Positions 1 through 10,684 of a stretch of DNA of 64,000 nt are shown in pieces. A model generated the notes under the pieces. It saw nothing but the letters and a program-made list of their open reading frames with translations, did not search any database and was not told the origin of the DNA. Each line of letters begins with the position of its first letter. Within the stretch, counting starts at the first letter, position 1. This stretch comes from Strigamia acuminata (taxonomy: Eukaryota): NCBI GenBank assembly GCA_949358305.1, contig OX442314.1:14508001-14572000 (forward strand), in the 5' to 3' direction. A program made the translations under genes and the position numbers.

Positions 1-2919
1 CACTTGAAACAGTAAAATAATGGGACCCCCTCTTTTGTGCGCCATTGTCATTTCATGGGTTTCGATTGACTGCCCCTTGAAACTGGTTCGGCACAACACG
101 GAAAGAAGGAAAGGGAAAAAAAATCCCCTTTTCGGTTTAGGTTGTGGCGATTATTTGTAATTATCGGTTCCGTTTGTCCCATAGGTAACCCACAGGTAAC
201 CCACAGGTTTTGCTCATGATTAGGGGGATTGGGCAGAAAAGTCATTTGCGACAAACGAGGTTAAAAGGCGTGTTTTAATCCCATCAGAAGAACCCGAAAA
301 ACGGGAGGATATACATAGCTGTGTGTAGAGCGTCGGGTCGTTAGGTGGGGGAGGGAAGAATAGAAAGGAAGAGGTGGGGGTATTTTGAAATACCGCCCAC
401 ACCTGGGCTTGGGATTGAATAGATACGGGAGGAGTGGTTCTGGTATTCAGAGTCAGGAGGAATAATAGGCTTTCTCTCGAGCAACAAGTCACATTGGGCT
501 GGCTTTGATGCATTGCATCTTAGTTACATACACACCTGAATCAGTGAATGTGCTTCGATTTGAATAGATTCGCAGGTGTGGGTGTGCAGTTGAATGTGTG
601 CAAGCATCTCAACGACTTTGGGGGTCATTATGTGGGGGTGAAGGGTTGAAGGGCGCTGAAAGGAATCGACAAGAATGCCCTTTGTCTAAGTCGACTGATG
701 ACATTATTTTACAAAAGATAGATGATGGTAGGTTGTGTCCTTTGACACGGGGGAATTTTTCATTCAAGTTTGCATCGAGGAAGTACCCAACGTATTATAA
801 AGCCTAATTTGTACTGCTGGATTGGTTAGAATGGGGGATAAAAACACGACTTAGGTGGGGAAAGTTTGAAAATGTGGAGGATTTTACGTTTTCTGGGTGT
901 TTTTGTGTGTTTTTATTTTTGTTATTTGTTGGTTTGAATGAAAAGGTTGACGTATGAAGGAATAGTTTCATTGATGATGAGAGGATGAATGTGCAAAAGT
1001 TATAATTTTGTTCGCTCATCCATGAAAGAAGGGCGTTAGGATGGGCTTCCGTTCTTGATCACGGTCTCACATCAATTTCGGTTTTGATGAACGGCCTTGA
1101 GACGATACTTTGTGCTTCTTTGGCTGACATTGGTTGCTTTATACACTCATTTCACAACACTGTACGTAACATGGGTTGTGATTTCTCCTCTTTGTTCGTG
1201 CTCAACCAGCGTTGGGCAGTGTGGCTTGTGGCCAGCTGTCCGCGTCCACATCCACACCACATCCGCTAGCGTTGCAATTTCAATTGCAGTCGCTGCCCCT
1301 GCACCTTGCTGTGTGCGGCTTTTCTGCTTTTTTTGCTCGCTGAAGAAAATCGTCCGTTTGGGACCATTTACAATTTTTTTTTTTTTTTTTTTTTTAAGTT
1401 TTAATTTGTTTTTCTTTTTTAAATTTCGTGAGCAAAAAAATAAATCAATTTAAAAATATAAATAAAATCTTTACGGTTTAAATTTTTTTTTGAGTATGCC
1501 ATGATTTATGTGTTAGTGATGTCAATGCGCGGTTTCTGCTTGATTTAATTATACTTTTTTTTTAAAGTTTTAAGGTTTGAAGAAACGTTTTATAATATAT
1601 TGTTTGTTACGTTACACCGAGACAAGTTTGAATGATTTATGTGAAAAAGAAAAACAAGCAGTCAAGCTTTGCGATTTTTTAAAAATATATTTTTCCTCAA
1701 TTGTGAAAATGACTTTCAAGTATAATTTAATTTGAACCACGTGATCATCCATGGTCAGCTGATAATCATTTCCTCGAGCTGTTTGTCCCTCCTCCGCCCC
1801 CGTGCACTTTTCTTTCGTGGAACCTTTAAGTCTTGTTGATCGCGTGGGAAAACTTGCGCTCCGCCTGCTGGCGGGGATCCAACACGCCAGCCAGGGGTGG
1901 AAACGGGAGCTGCTTCACCACCTGTCCATATGAAGATGAAGGCAGGAAGTTTATGATTTCATAAAATCAAAACTCATTTTTAATAGAAAACATGGAAGCA
2001 AAAAAAAAATACATAAATTTTCTCGACATTATGAAATAATAATAAAAAAAAATTGAAATTAATTAATTTTTTTTTTTTAAATTTTCAATTAAAATTTTAA
2101 ATGAAAAAGCAAAACAACATTTGAGAAGGTAAAACAGTCGGTTGGTATCCAATCCAGAGGAGTGTCACATGTTCAGGCGACAGTGACAGCTGAAAGATAG
2201 ACCAACATGTCCTCTCCCCATTCACACACATGTCCCACATGACAGCAGCTTCCGTTGTATTTTCTTGCCTTCAATACTATCTTTGAAACGTTGCACGACG
2301 TTTTGATATTCCTTGAGCTTCGCCTCCTTCTTCCTCTCCTTGGGCATTTCTCGTTGGGGCGTAGGGATAGGGAGGGCGACGAACAAGAACACGTTTGTAT
2401 AAAAACGATTGTGAGAGCCTGGGTTTTTTGTGCCAAGTTTTTCTCTCTTTGTAAGTTTGTTTTTTGTTTTGTTTCGTTTTTTTTTCTTCGTCTTTCTTCC
2501 TAACCTCGTTTTGGTTCGCTTTTTTTTCTTGCTGCATCCTGGGGTCGTAAGAAATTTGAATTGTCTCCCTGTGGAGGGGGTCAGACACCTCCCATATATG
2601 ATGTTAATGCTTGGTTTTGACAATTAGGGGTTCATTAAGTTCAAATCACCGGAAGTTATCTTCTTCTACTGACGTGGCCAAGCGAGACGAGTTATCCCGA
2701 CTTAATAGTTAAGTTTGCTACTGTTCCACACGCAATCCTTGAAAATGGGAGACTTGAATTTATGTTTGACATCCAGCCGTTAGTTTGGTTGAATTTTTTT
2801 AAAAAAATTGTGTTTTGTTTTGTGTAATTTAAAATTATATAAGTTTTTTTGTATTTTTTTTTTTTTCAAAAAAATAAAAATCATTTCTACTTGAAAAAAT
2901 AGTCAAATTCATCGACTTG

Positions 2920-3096
2920 TTTATTATTTTTAAGTGACAAGTGGAAATATTAATAATAATAATAATAATTAATAATAATAATAATAATGGCATTATACTT
3001 TATGTACATTAAACAATTGAGAACAAAAAAATCCTTTCTTTCTATAAATATACACTATGTACAAACGTGACATCCACGAACTTTTTGAGATTTATT
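2920..3096 (-). terminator. Candidate Delta polyadenylation signals (two AATAAA)
   Basis: Minus-strand AATAAA at 3096-3091 and 2925-2920, each followed by GU/U-rich sequence, 0.9-1.1 kb after the stop codon. Confidence 0.45.
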
Positions 3097-4022
3097 GATT
3101 TTTAGGGGGCAAAAAAGTTTATTACAATTTCTTGTTATTATTTTGGGTTTGAAGCAATACCCTAGTGTCTATTGGCCTACCTCTAACCTGAGGAGGGGGT
3201 TTCAGTCTTTCAGAGGGGTAAATCAGGTATTTTTAAGTACAATAAAAAATGAAAAAAGGGAAAAAGCCCAGACAGGAGAGTCCATTTGGCTTCATTTTAT
3301 ACAACCAGTGGGTTATGGGTTAATAGTATTAACATTTGTTTTTAAGCCTATTATGTTATGTACATTTGGGGGGGAAAATGAAAATAATTTTTTCTTTTTT
3401 AAATTACAGTTCGTGGAGTACACAAAAATAAGTTAATATATAACCACTTATTGTTTTTTTTGTCCTGACTTTGGATTGAAAATGACTTAATGGTCACAAA
3501 AATTTTAAAAAAAAATTAATAGAATTTTTTTTTTTTTAAAAAAATTGAATGTTTCATTCAAAAAATGTTTTCTTGATGACAATTCATTAAAAAAAATTAA
3601 ATTACTTTTTTAAAAAAAAAGGCACTTATAAAAAAAATTACATGTTCTTAAATTAAAATTTCATTAAAAAATCAATATTTTTCTTATTAACTTTTGTTTC
3701 CATTTAAAAAATAAAAATAATTAAATAGTGCAAAAATCTAATTCGTGCTTTTGCCAAAATTAATTGACAATTTAAAAAAAAAAATTGATGATTTTTTTTT
3801 CTTTAAAAAAGGTGAAGAAATAAAATAAATAATCTGAAGCACATCTTCCAATCCCTGCTGCAAGAATTTGTTTAAAGTCTCTTTGATGATATTTAAAAAA
3901 AAAAAATTCAAAACAACAACAACAAAAAAAAGAATAAAAATCTTGTCTATGATAATCCATCTTTGGGAAGTTGACTCGAATTAAAACTTAAATGATGGGG
4001 TTGAGACATGTGAAAAAAAAAA

Positions 4023-4140
4023 TCACACCTCAGTAGCCAACATAGGATGAGAATACCGCTGTTGGTAATGATCAGGTATCACATATACAGAACTAGGAGG
4101 ACATGGCTCCGTTGAACATTGTGGCAACGTGGAGGAGTCA
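4023..4140 (-). CDS. Dl: Delta exon 10 (terminal), ends SVYVIPDHYQQRYSHPMLATEV*
   Basis: Polypyrimidine tract plus CAG acceptor (AG at 4142-4141); phase-2 join gives SDSSTLPQCSTEPCPPSSVYVIPDHYQQRYSHPMLATEV-TGA; total CDS 2496 nt = 831 aa plus stop. Confidence 0.92.
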
Positions 4141-4554
4141 CTGGAAAAAAGAAAAAAAAAGAAAAATTAATATTCATTTCCTCGACATGTGGTTTGGAAT
4201 TCAAAGTAGAGAATTAAAACGACTCTAGTGCATTGTTTCCACTTTTTAATGGTCATTTTTTAAACACCAAACTAATGAGCTACACTTGGTTTCATGGAAT
4301 TTGATGCCGCCTCCCGTGATGCCCGAACCATTGACCGGATCTAGGATCTAGACTTTCCCTCCCCTTCTTTTAACTTGTAATCCCGATCGTATAGAAGTAT
4401 AAAGGTTAAGGGCATTTCCTGATGAGACTAGGGGCACTCATCGTTGTAGGAAGTATAATGGCGGTATAAATAGCGTTAATTTGCATACAAGTGTTATTGA
4501 TGCGAAAATGCACTAGAGCAATGAGTTAGTGAATGCTAAATGATTGATATTTAC

Positions 4555-5599
4555 CTCCTGTTGCAGGATGTGGTGTCTATGCAGAGCGAATTCCTCTGCT
4601 CGACCGACAACTTCGAATGATCAAAGTCTCTAGTGTCAATTGATGCGGAGGTTTCTTGTTTGCCTGCCGCATTATTGGCAACGGGCGCCACATTTGGCAC
4701 CAAGTCTGTGTTGAGCTGTTTACACTTATTAGTCCTGTGCACGCTCAGCTCTTTACTGGAGCTCACCACATCAAAGTCCTCGTTGGTCAGCTTGAGATTG
4801 TGATTTTTGGTTCTATCCAACGTGTTGACGATCATCTGATTGTCACATTTGATATTGTTCATGCTGTTGACAGCATTCTGTTCGTTTTGTTTGCGCGCCT
4901 CCTCGTCGTGGCGCCTCATCTGTTTTTGTCGCCGACTCCGTAGGCACAAAATCACCACGATGGAACACAGGGCCAGTAAAGGCACGGCTGCTGATAGAGT
5001 GGCAATCAGAGCCACTTGGCCCGTCGACATGCCACTGTCTCCGTCAGTGTTAGGTTCAGACACGTGACGGGACACACCCACATTGTCACTACGGTGCTGG
5101 TGAGGCTCGCTGTCGGCCGTCGGCAGCCGCTGTGGCGGAGGAAGAGCGGCGGGCAGCACCGCGTCGCGCACCGCCGCTGAAAACTCACATCTTTCACCAG
5201 AAAATCCCGGTGGACACACACACTGGAAGGCATTCACCAAGTCTTCGCAACTGCCTCCGTTCAGGCACGTTTGCGAGGTGCATTCGTTTGAATAGATGGA
5301 ACAATCTTTGCCGGTAAATCCAGGTCGACACGAACACTGGAAATCGTTGACTAGATCGGTGCATTTGCCTCCATTGGCGCAGGGCTTCGTAAGGCAGTCG
5401 TCCACATTCACCTCGCACATAGAGCCCATGAAACCCGGCACACAAAGGCACTTAAAGTTATTCACCAGATCGACACATGTGCCGCCGTTGAGGCAAGGAT
5501 TCACACCGCAGTCGTTGATGTCATTCTCGCAGTTTCGACCCGTGAATCCCGTTGGGCACACGCACATGAACCCATTTAATTTATCCACGCAACTTCCAC
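4555..5599 (-). CDS. Dl: Delta exon 9, EGF6-9, transmembrane helix and most of the intracellular domain
   Basis: EGF repeats with DxNDC calcium-binding starts; TM VALIATLSAAVPLLALCSIVVILCL followed by RSRR; ICD motifs EARKQNEQNAV, IVNTLD, KQLNTD; donor AG|GTAAAT at 4554. Nine EGFs in total and no vWC domain, so Delta rather than Serrate/Jagged. Confidence 0.96.
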
Positions 5600-5724
5600 C
5601 TAAAGAATAAATTTAAAACAAAAATTTAATTTAATTTAATCTAATTTTTAATTTTTTTTTTTTTTTAAAATAATTTAATTCTAAATTTAAATTGTATGAA
5701 AAATATAAAGTGAACGGAATTTAC

Positions 5725-5938
5725 CATTTAGGCATGGATTTGATCCGCACTCGTCCTTCTGTCTTTCACAGTTGTTGCCATCGAATGCTGTTGGGCAGAT
5801 GCAATGGTAACTGCCCGATATTTGAAGGCAGGTACCGCCATTTTTGCATGGTTCATCTTGGCAGGTGTTAGCTGCAAATTCACATTGGCGACCGTGAAAT
5901 CCAGGTGAACAAACGCAAGTTGCATTGTTGTTAGTGAA
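5725..5938 (-). CDS. Dl: Delta exon 8, EGF4 to EGF6
   Basis: FTNNNATCVCSPGFHGRQCE...PCKNGGTC...ECGSNPCLNG; canonical AG/GT; phases 0->1. Confidence 0.95.
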
Positions 5939-6076
5939 CTAAACGATTTAAAAATAAAAAAAAAATAAAAATCAATAAGTTGAAAAAAAAATTTCTCGAA
6001 AATTAATTTGTAAAAGAAAATAATAATAATAATAAATAATAAATAATACTAATAATAAAGAAATGAGAATGTTTAC

Positions 6077-6249
6077 CTTATTGCAGGTGCCACCATTTTC
6101 ACAAGGTGTGCGAGTACAGTCGTCTCTTTCCTTCTCGCAGTCGTTTCCATTAAATCCTTCGCGACAGGTGCAAGTGTAACTTCCCTGACCCGTATTTGTA
6201 CAAGTTCCACCATTTTTACATGGTTTATGGTTTGTGCAATAATTGAGAT
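6077..6249 (-). CDS. Dl: Delta exon 7, EGF3 plus start of EGF4
   Basis: [39 protein letters not shown]...[10 protein letters not shown]; canonical AG/GT; phases 1->0. Confidence 0.96.
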
Positions 6250-6391
6250 CTGCGAATTAAAAGAAAAATTCTCAAATTAGTTATGCAACGACCAAGGACG
6301 ATGGCAAATATTTCCCAAGCTGATATTGATCTTGTATTGCACCCAAGCCCAACCCATAACCCATTCATATGAATATTGAAGCTCAGCTTAC

Positions 6392-6522
6392 CTTGATTAC
6401 AAAAAAGACCGCCCCAGCCTTCTTTGCAAATGCATTCCCACGGTTTCACACAGGTTCCATGAATGCAACCAGGGTATTGGATACATTGATCGCAGTTTGG
6501 ACCTTTCCAACCAATCAAACAT
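6392..6522 (-). CDS. Dl: Delta exon 6, end of EGF1 plus EGF2
   Basis: [43 protein letters not shown]; canonical AG/GT; phases 2->1. Confidence 0.96.
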
Positions 6523-7075
6523 CTAAGAAAAAATAAATAAACAAAAAAAACACATAAGTAAAAAGGATTATGATGATTGATGAAGAAAACACGTTGAAAA
6601 AAATTAAGTAATTAAACTTATATTAGAATTTTCCAATTTTTTTTTTAATGATAATAATAAAAAAACAAAGTGTCTTGATGGGAGCAACTTTCCCACCAGG
6701 ATCACAAGGGCAGTGGTCCCCTCAAGGCAGGGTTTTCTCAATGACCATATGAGATGGTAATAAGAAGCGAGGGGCGATGAAACTAAGAGGAGAAAATTTT
6801 TAAACCCCCTCGTATATGGAGAGAAAGAGCGAGAGAGAGAGAGGCAGCAGCCGTGGAAATGTTGTATCCGGTGGGTCGTTGACGAACCTCCCTTCTTCCG
6901 GTTCAACACCAGATTGAATTTCAACCCTGCCTTGTGTGATGCGAGTTGACAAGAATTTCAGTTTACATTTTTCCCCCGTACAAACTCGTCATTTTTTTAA
7001 AAAAAAAAAAATATTTTCTTTTCAAGTCAAGGTCAGAAAGATCGAGAAAAAAGGTGTTTTTATTTTGGTACTTAC

Positions 7076-7136
7076 TTGCACTCGTTTGGTTTCTCGCAGG
7101 AACCATATTCCTTGTGACATCCAGGGGCGCAGACAG
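7076..7136 (-). CDS. Dl: Delta exon 5, first part of EGF1
   Basis: AVCAPGCHKEYGSCEKPNEC (this frame is not in the ORF track); CCTCAG acceptor, GTAAGT donor; phases 1->2 fit the flanking exons. Confidence 0.93.
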
Positions 7137-8076
7137 CTGAGGAAGAAAAAAAATGAGGTCGGTTAGAAAACGAAAAAAGAAAAAAAAAAACTTGTTGATT
7201 ACTATCGACATGTACATTGCACTACACACTATAACTCGAATGAGAAAACTGGCTTTGGGACGCAGGTAGTAGTTCCCACGCTTGTCAGGGACGTAAGTTT
7301 TGGTCAAGGATCTCCTTATTGTCGCGTATCATTTTTTGAAATTTTTTTTATTTTTTATTAATGCGAGTATGATTCAATATTTTTCGATTAGAATCACTCA
7401 GAATTTGGTGGCATTTGTCGGAATGGGTACCGGTCAGGTGCCTGAATGGTACGCGTGGGAGGGTGTAAACGGGGTGGTGTTGGCTGGCCGCAACGAGACA
7501 GCTGCGGCTTTTGTGCCAATGTTTGCCGCTCCAGCTGTCGAAGTACAGAGAGAGAGAGAATGACAAAAGCTTTTTGGCTTTACTGGCGAGACGCCATCAT
7601 GGATTTGCCAATACGGCTCATTGTTCTAAGGGGGTGCAGGATGACCATTCGTTTCACCTGGTGCCTCAAGAGTCATTCCTTTCTCTCAATTACAAGAATT
7701 TTCACTTAAGCTCGAATATTTTTTTTCCTTTCTTTCTAAAGTTGCATAATTTTCCCGTGCGAGGTCGCCCGTAAGGCCAATGAGCTCGAATGCATAGTGG
7801 CGAAGTGTTTCACTTCACTCCCTTCCCTTTTACTTATTTTCATTTCTTTTGACAAAAAAAAAAAAAGAAAAAATTTTTTTCCCGAGTGAAGCCAAGCATT
7901 GTTTCATGGGCAGTTGCAGTCGCGCTTGGTTAGCCACGTGCAGCAATAAAAAGAAAAATCAACTCCCAACTCCTCCCCGTTCTATCATCTTTACTTGCCG
8001 ACCTTGAAGATGTCGGCGGGGGTGGATGAACATTAAGAAATAATTTTTTTCCCCGAAATAAATCAAAGACACTTAC

Positions 8077-8331
8077 CCTCTTCGCAATATTTTCCTTTCC
8101 AGCCAGGTAAACAGATCTGTTCGCCCTGCAGCGAGCATTCGTAGTGTCCGAACGTATCGTTGCGTGGACGACACAACTTGGTGCATCCTTCGCCGTAGTA
8201 ATGCTCCTCGCATCGCACGCGATATTCAAGTTGAAGCTGCGAAGGACCCGTCTGGTGCTCGTACTGGGTCCATTCATCACCAACTGTCAACCAACTTTGG
8301 TTTGCGAGACGTGTTAACAACACGTTGCTAC
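8077..8331 (-). CDS. Dl: Delta exon 4, end of C2 domain plus DSL domain
   Basis: YRVRCEEHYYGEGCTKLCRPRNDTFGHYECSLQGEQICLPGWKGKYC is a DSL domain; TTTTAG acceptor, GTAAGT donor. Confidence 0.96.
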
Positions 8332-9212
8332 CTAAAAATTAAAACAAACAACCTTTAATTTTCTTTCTTCGACTTTTCACCACAACAGTTCGAATTAAGA
8401 CGTCAAGAAAAGTGCTATTTGGAGCGTTTTAGGGGTTTTAGAGGGGGTAAAAGTTGTTTTATGTTACATTATACATTTTTTTTATTTATCTTGAGTTAAA
8501 ACAGAAGCCCACTCTGCAAATAACTCGCTTTTTAAGCCTGTAGATCGTTTAGCTAAACGCCGGAGTTGTCTGTGTCTGTTCGGCAATTGGCGCTGCATCA
8601 CACCACACCGAGTCACGGCTCAGTGAACCCCAAGAGGCCTCGTCAAAAGTGTGGGAACCGGACCGCCAACTCCTTGCAGGTCACAAAAGACACAAGGGAG
8701 TTTTCTCCTTCTTGCGTTCTCCCCTTTTTCGCTCTATTTCTAAAAAGGGGGGATAAGTTTAAAGGCCCACTTCCCCTTCGTCTTTTACGTCTACGCCGTG
8801 AAAAATCAAAACAAACAAGAAAATTTTCCTTTTTCTTGTGTTTAATCCTAATTTTCTATGGTTTACGCGTCCAAGGTTGGCGTTTGAAGGCTCTACAAAC
8901 TGGAGCCGCGGATCAACATCGCATATAGCTCTTGGTGGGCTCCATCTGGCTCCAGCGACGCATACACAGCGTCCTATCGACAGATGGTGGCACCGAAAAA
9001 CAATAACTCTAGCAGCTTTCCCGCTTGGCTTTCCCCCATTCGCCAGGACGCCGTCTCCATAGCAACCCTTCCTAGCGACGCTATATGGTGCGCTAGCGTT
9101 ACTTAATATAAAGCCAAGTTGTGGTTGAGACAAAAAAGAAATTAAACAGGAAATGGGAGGGAAATCGGAGACGAAATTAAATAAATAAATAAATAAACGG
9201 TAATTTTCTTAC

Positions 9213-9270
9213 CTCCAACCGGTGTTGAGTCCGATTCGTGCCATGCTTCCACAATGAGCGAAAAGGTTCC
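9213..9270 (-). CDS. Dl: Delta exon 3, C2/MNNL domain
   Basis: GTFSLIVEAWH motif; CAG acceptor and GTAAG donor; 58 nt, ends phase 1. Confidence 0.95.
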
Positions 9271-9500
9271 CTGCGGCAAAAACAACAACGTCTCGGTCAA
9301 GTAGGAACATAAGACGAAACGAACGGCCGTGAGAGTCGCGGCCGGCGTCCGTTCACAATACACAAACGAAATTTTTTTTTTTGGAAATTTAAATTTAAAT
9401 ATAGTGAAGAGAAGAATTTAAAAAAAAAAGTAAAAACATGCAAAGTAGATCGTACACACACAAATGATGTGAGTGGAGATTTGATAGTGCTTAAACTCAC

Positions 9501-9851
9501 CGGCCAAGAGAACTCGAACGGGAATCGAATTGGGTTGGTAAATCCTTGTATTTCAGACGTATCCGATATATGTACGGTGTTATTTCCAAGCACTGGTGTG
9601 ACAGTATCCCCAAAAGTACACGGAGAACTGAAGTCAATGGCAGCTTGATAATGCTTGAGGCACACGCGAAAGTATGTTTTACACACGCCACCACACTCTG
9701 GCGATATTGAAGATGACGAAGAAGTAGAAGAAGCCCTGCTCACTGCGTATCCATTGCTAGGGCCTTGGGAACAGCATTTGCCGTCGGCATCTCGACCCGC
9801 ATCGTTCAGAAACTCCATCAGACGTAATTCAAACACCCCTGAGCTTGCAAC
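9501..9851 (-). CDS. Dl: Delta exon 2, N-terminal C2/MNNL domain
   Basis: VASSGVFELRL...CKTYFRVCLKHYQ...PCTFG..TPVLG...NPIRFPFEFSWP, diagnostic of Notch ligands; acceptor TTTGCTCAG|, donor |GTGAGT. Confidence 0.96.
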
Positions 9852-9941
9852 CTGAGCAAAAAAAGAAAAATGAGTTAAAAATAAATTGGTTAGAAGGGAA
9901 ATGCGGAGTGTGCGCCAAAAAATGCTGCACGTTTTCCGTAC

Positions 9942-10031
9942 CTGATGCTGCGAGATGACGAGGATGTTGACCAGGATGAAGATCTGGAGGGCGGTCGCCG
10001 AGGCGAGCCGTGACACGAAGCGCCACCGCAT
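9942..10031 (-). CDS. Dl: Delta (Notch ligand) exon 1, signal peptide
   Basis: ATG at 10031; MRWRF...LQIFILVNILVISQHQ hydrophobic leader; donor CAG|GTACGG at 9941; phase 0. Confidence 0.88.
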
Positions 10032-10648
10032 CGCACCCTTCGCCCTGCGCGCCTCTTCTCGACTGACTAAGCCGCTTGGCTCTGCGAGCTCTTGTCCTGC
10101 GACGTGTGTACGAATTGGCTCCACCACCTCCTCTGATTCACAATGAGCCTCGCTTTCGGACTAAGAGCCAAGATACAGGCTCCGCCTTCTGCCGCTTTTG
10201 ATTGGCAGTTAGACTCTGTGAGGGAGAAACAACCAACGGGGGACATTAGAACAAGGTTTACCAACACTTTACGCTCAAATATACACCGTAAATGTTAAGT
10301 TTAAAGTGAATTTACACGGGGGACGGTCTGTACGAGTGAGTTTGAAGGGATTTTGGATAAAGTTAGGGCTGGGATGTAAAGTTTAACGAACGCTATCTGG
10401 ATGAAACGGCTCGGACGCAAAGCGGCCAACGCCAAGCCTGCCGCGCCACCGATTGAGAAATTTCCGTACCTTTTGAACTCGTTGAGTGCTGAAAAAGTAG
10501 TATAGTAGGTACGGCCGTTGAGTAAGTTGGTGCCGTGAGTAATAAGGTATCCAAGTTGCATTGGGTGAAATGTGAATGAGTATGCCGTGGTGTGTTGAGA
10601 GGCCAAGAGCGCGTATCCACGTGATGGGGCCTCGGAGTACTCGAGTGG

Positions 10649-10684
10649 CAATGAGGCTAGAGCGCGTGGTGTGGCGCTTATATA
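10649..10684 (-). promoter_or_regulatory. Delta core promoter: TATA box plus initiator
   Basis: Minus-strand TATATAA at 10684-10678 and Inr-like TCATTG with A at 10652 (TATA at about -30 to -32); implies a 5' UTR of about 620 nt. Confidence 0.65.

Noticed and set aside
1084..1453. Hydrophobic 118-aa ORF 1097-1453
   Set aside because: Non-ATG start; the F-rich tail comes from poly-T tracts; no splice or homology support.
4022..4027. K-box core TGTGAT (miR-2 family site)
   Set aside because: It overlaps the last codon and stop (GTG TGA T), so coding constraint explains it and it is poorly placed for repression.
4656..5610. Several 60-104-aa ORFs overlapping Delta exon 9
   Set aside because: Antisense or alternate-frame shadows of a GC-richer coding exon.
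4551..10127. Calling the ligand Serrate/Jagged or a Notch receptor
   Set aside because: Only nine EGF repeats, no vWC, LNR or ankyrin domains, and Delta-specific ICD motifs.
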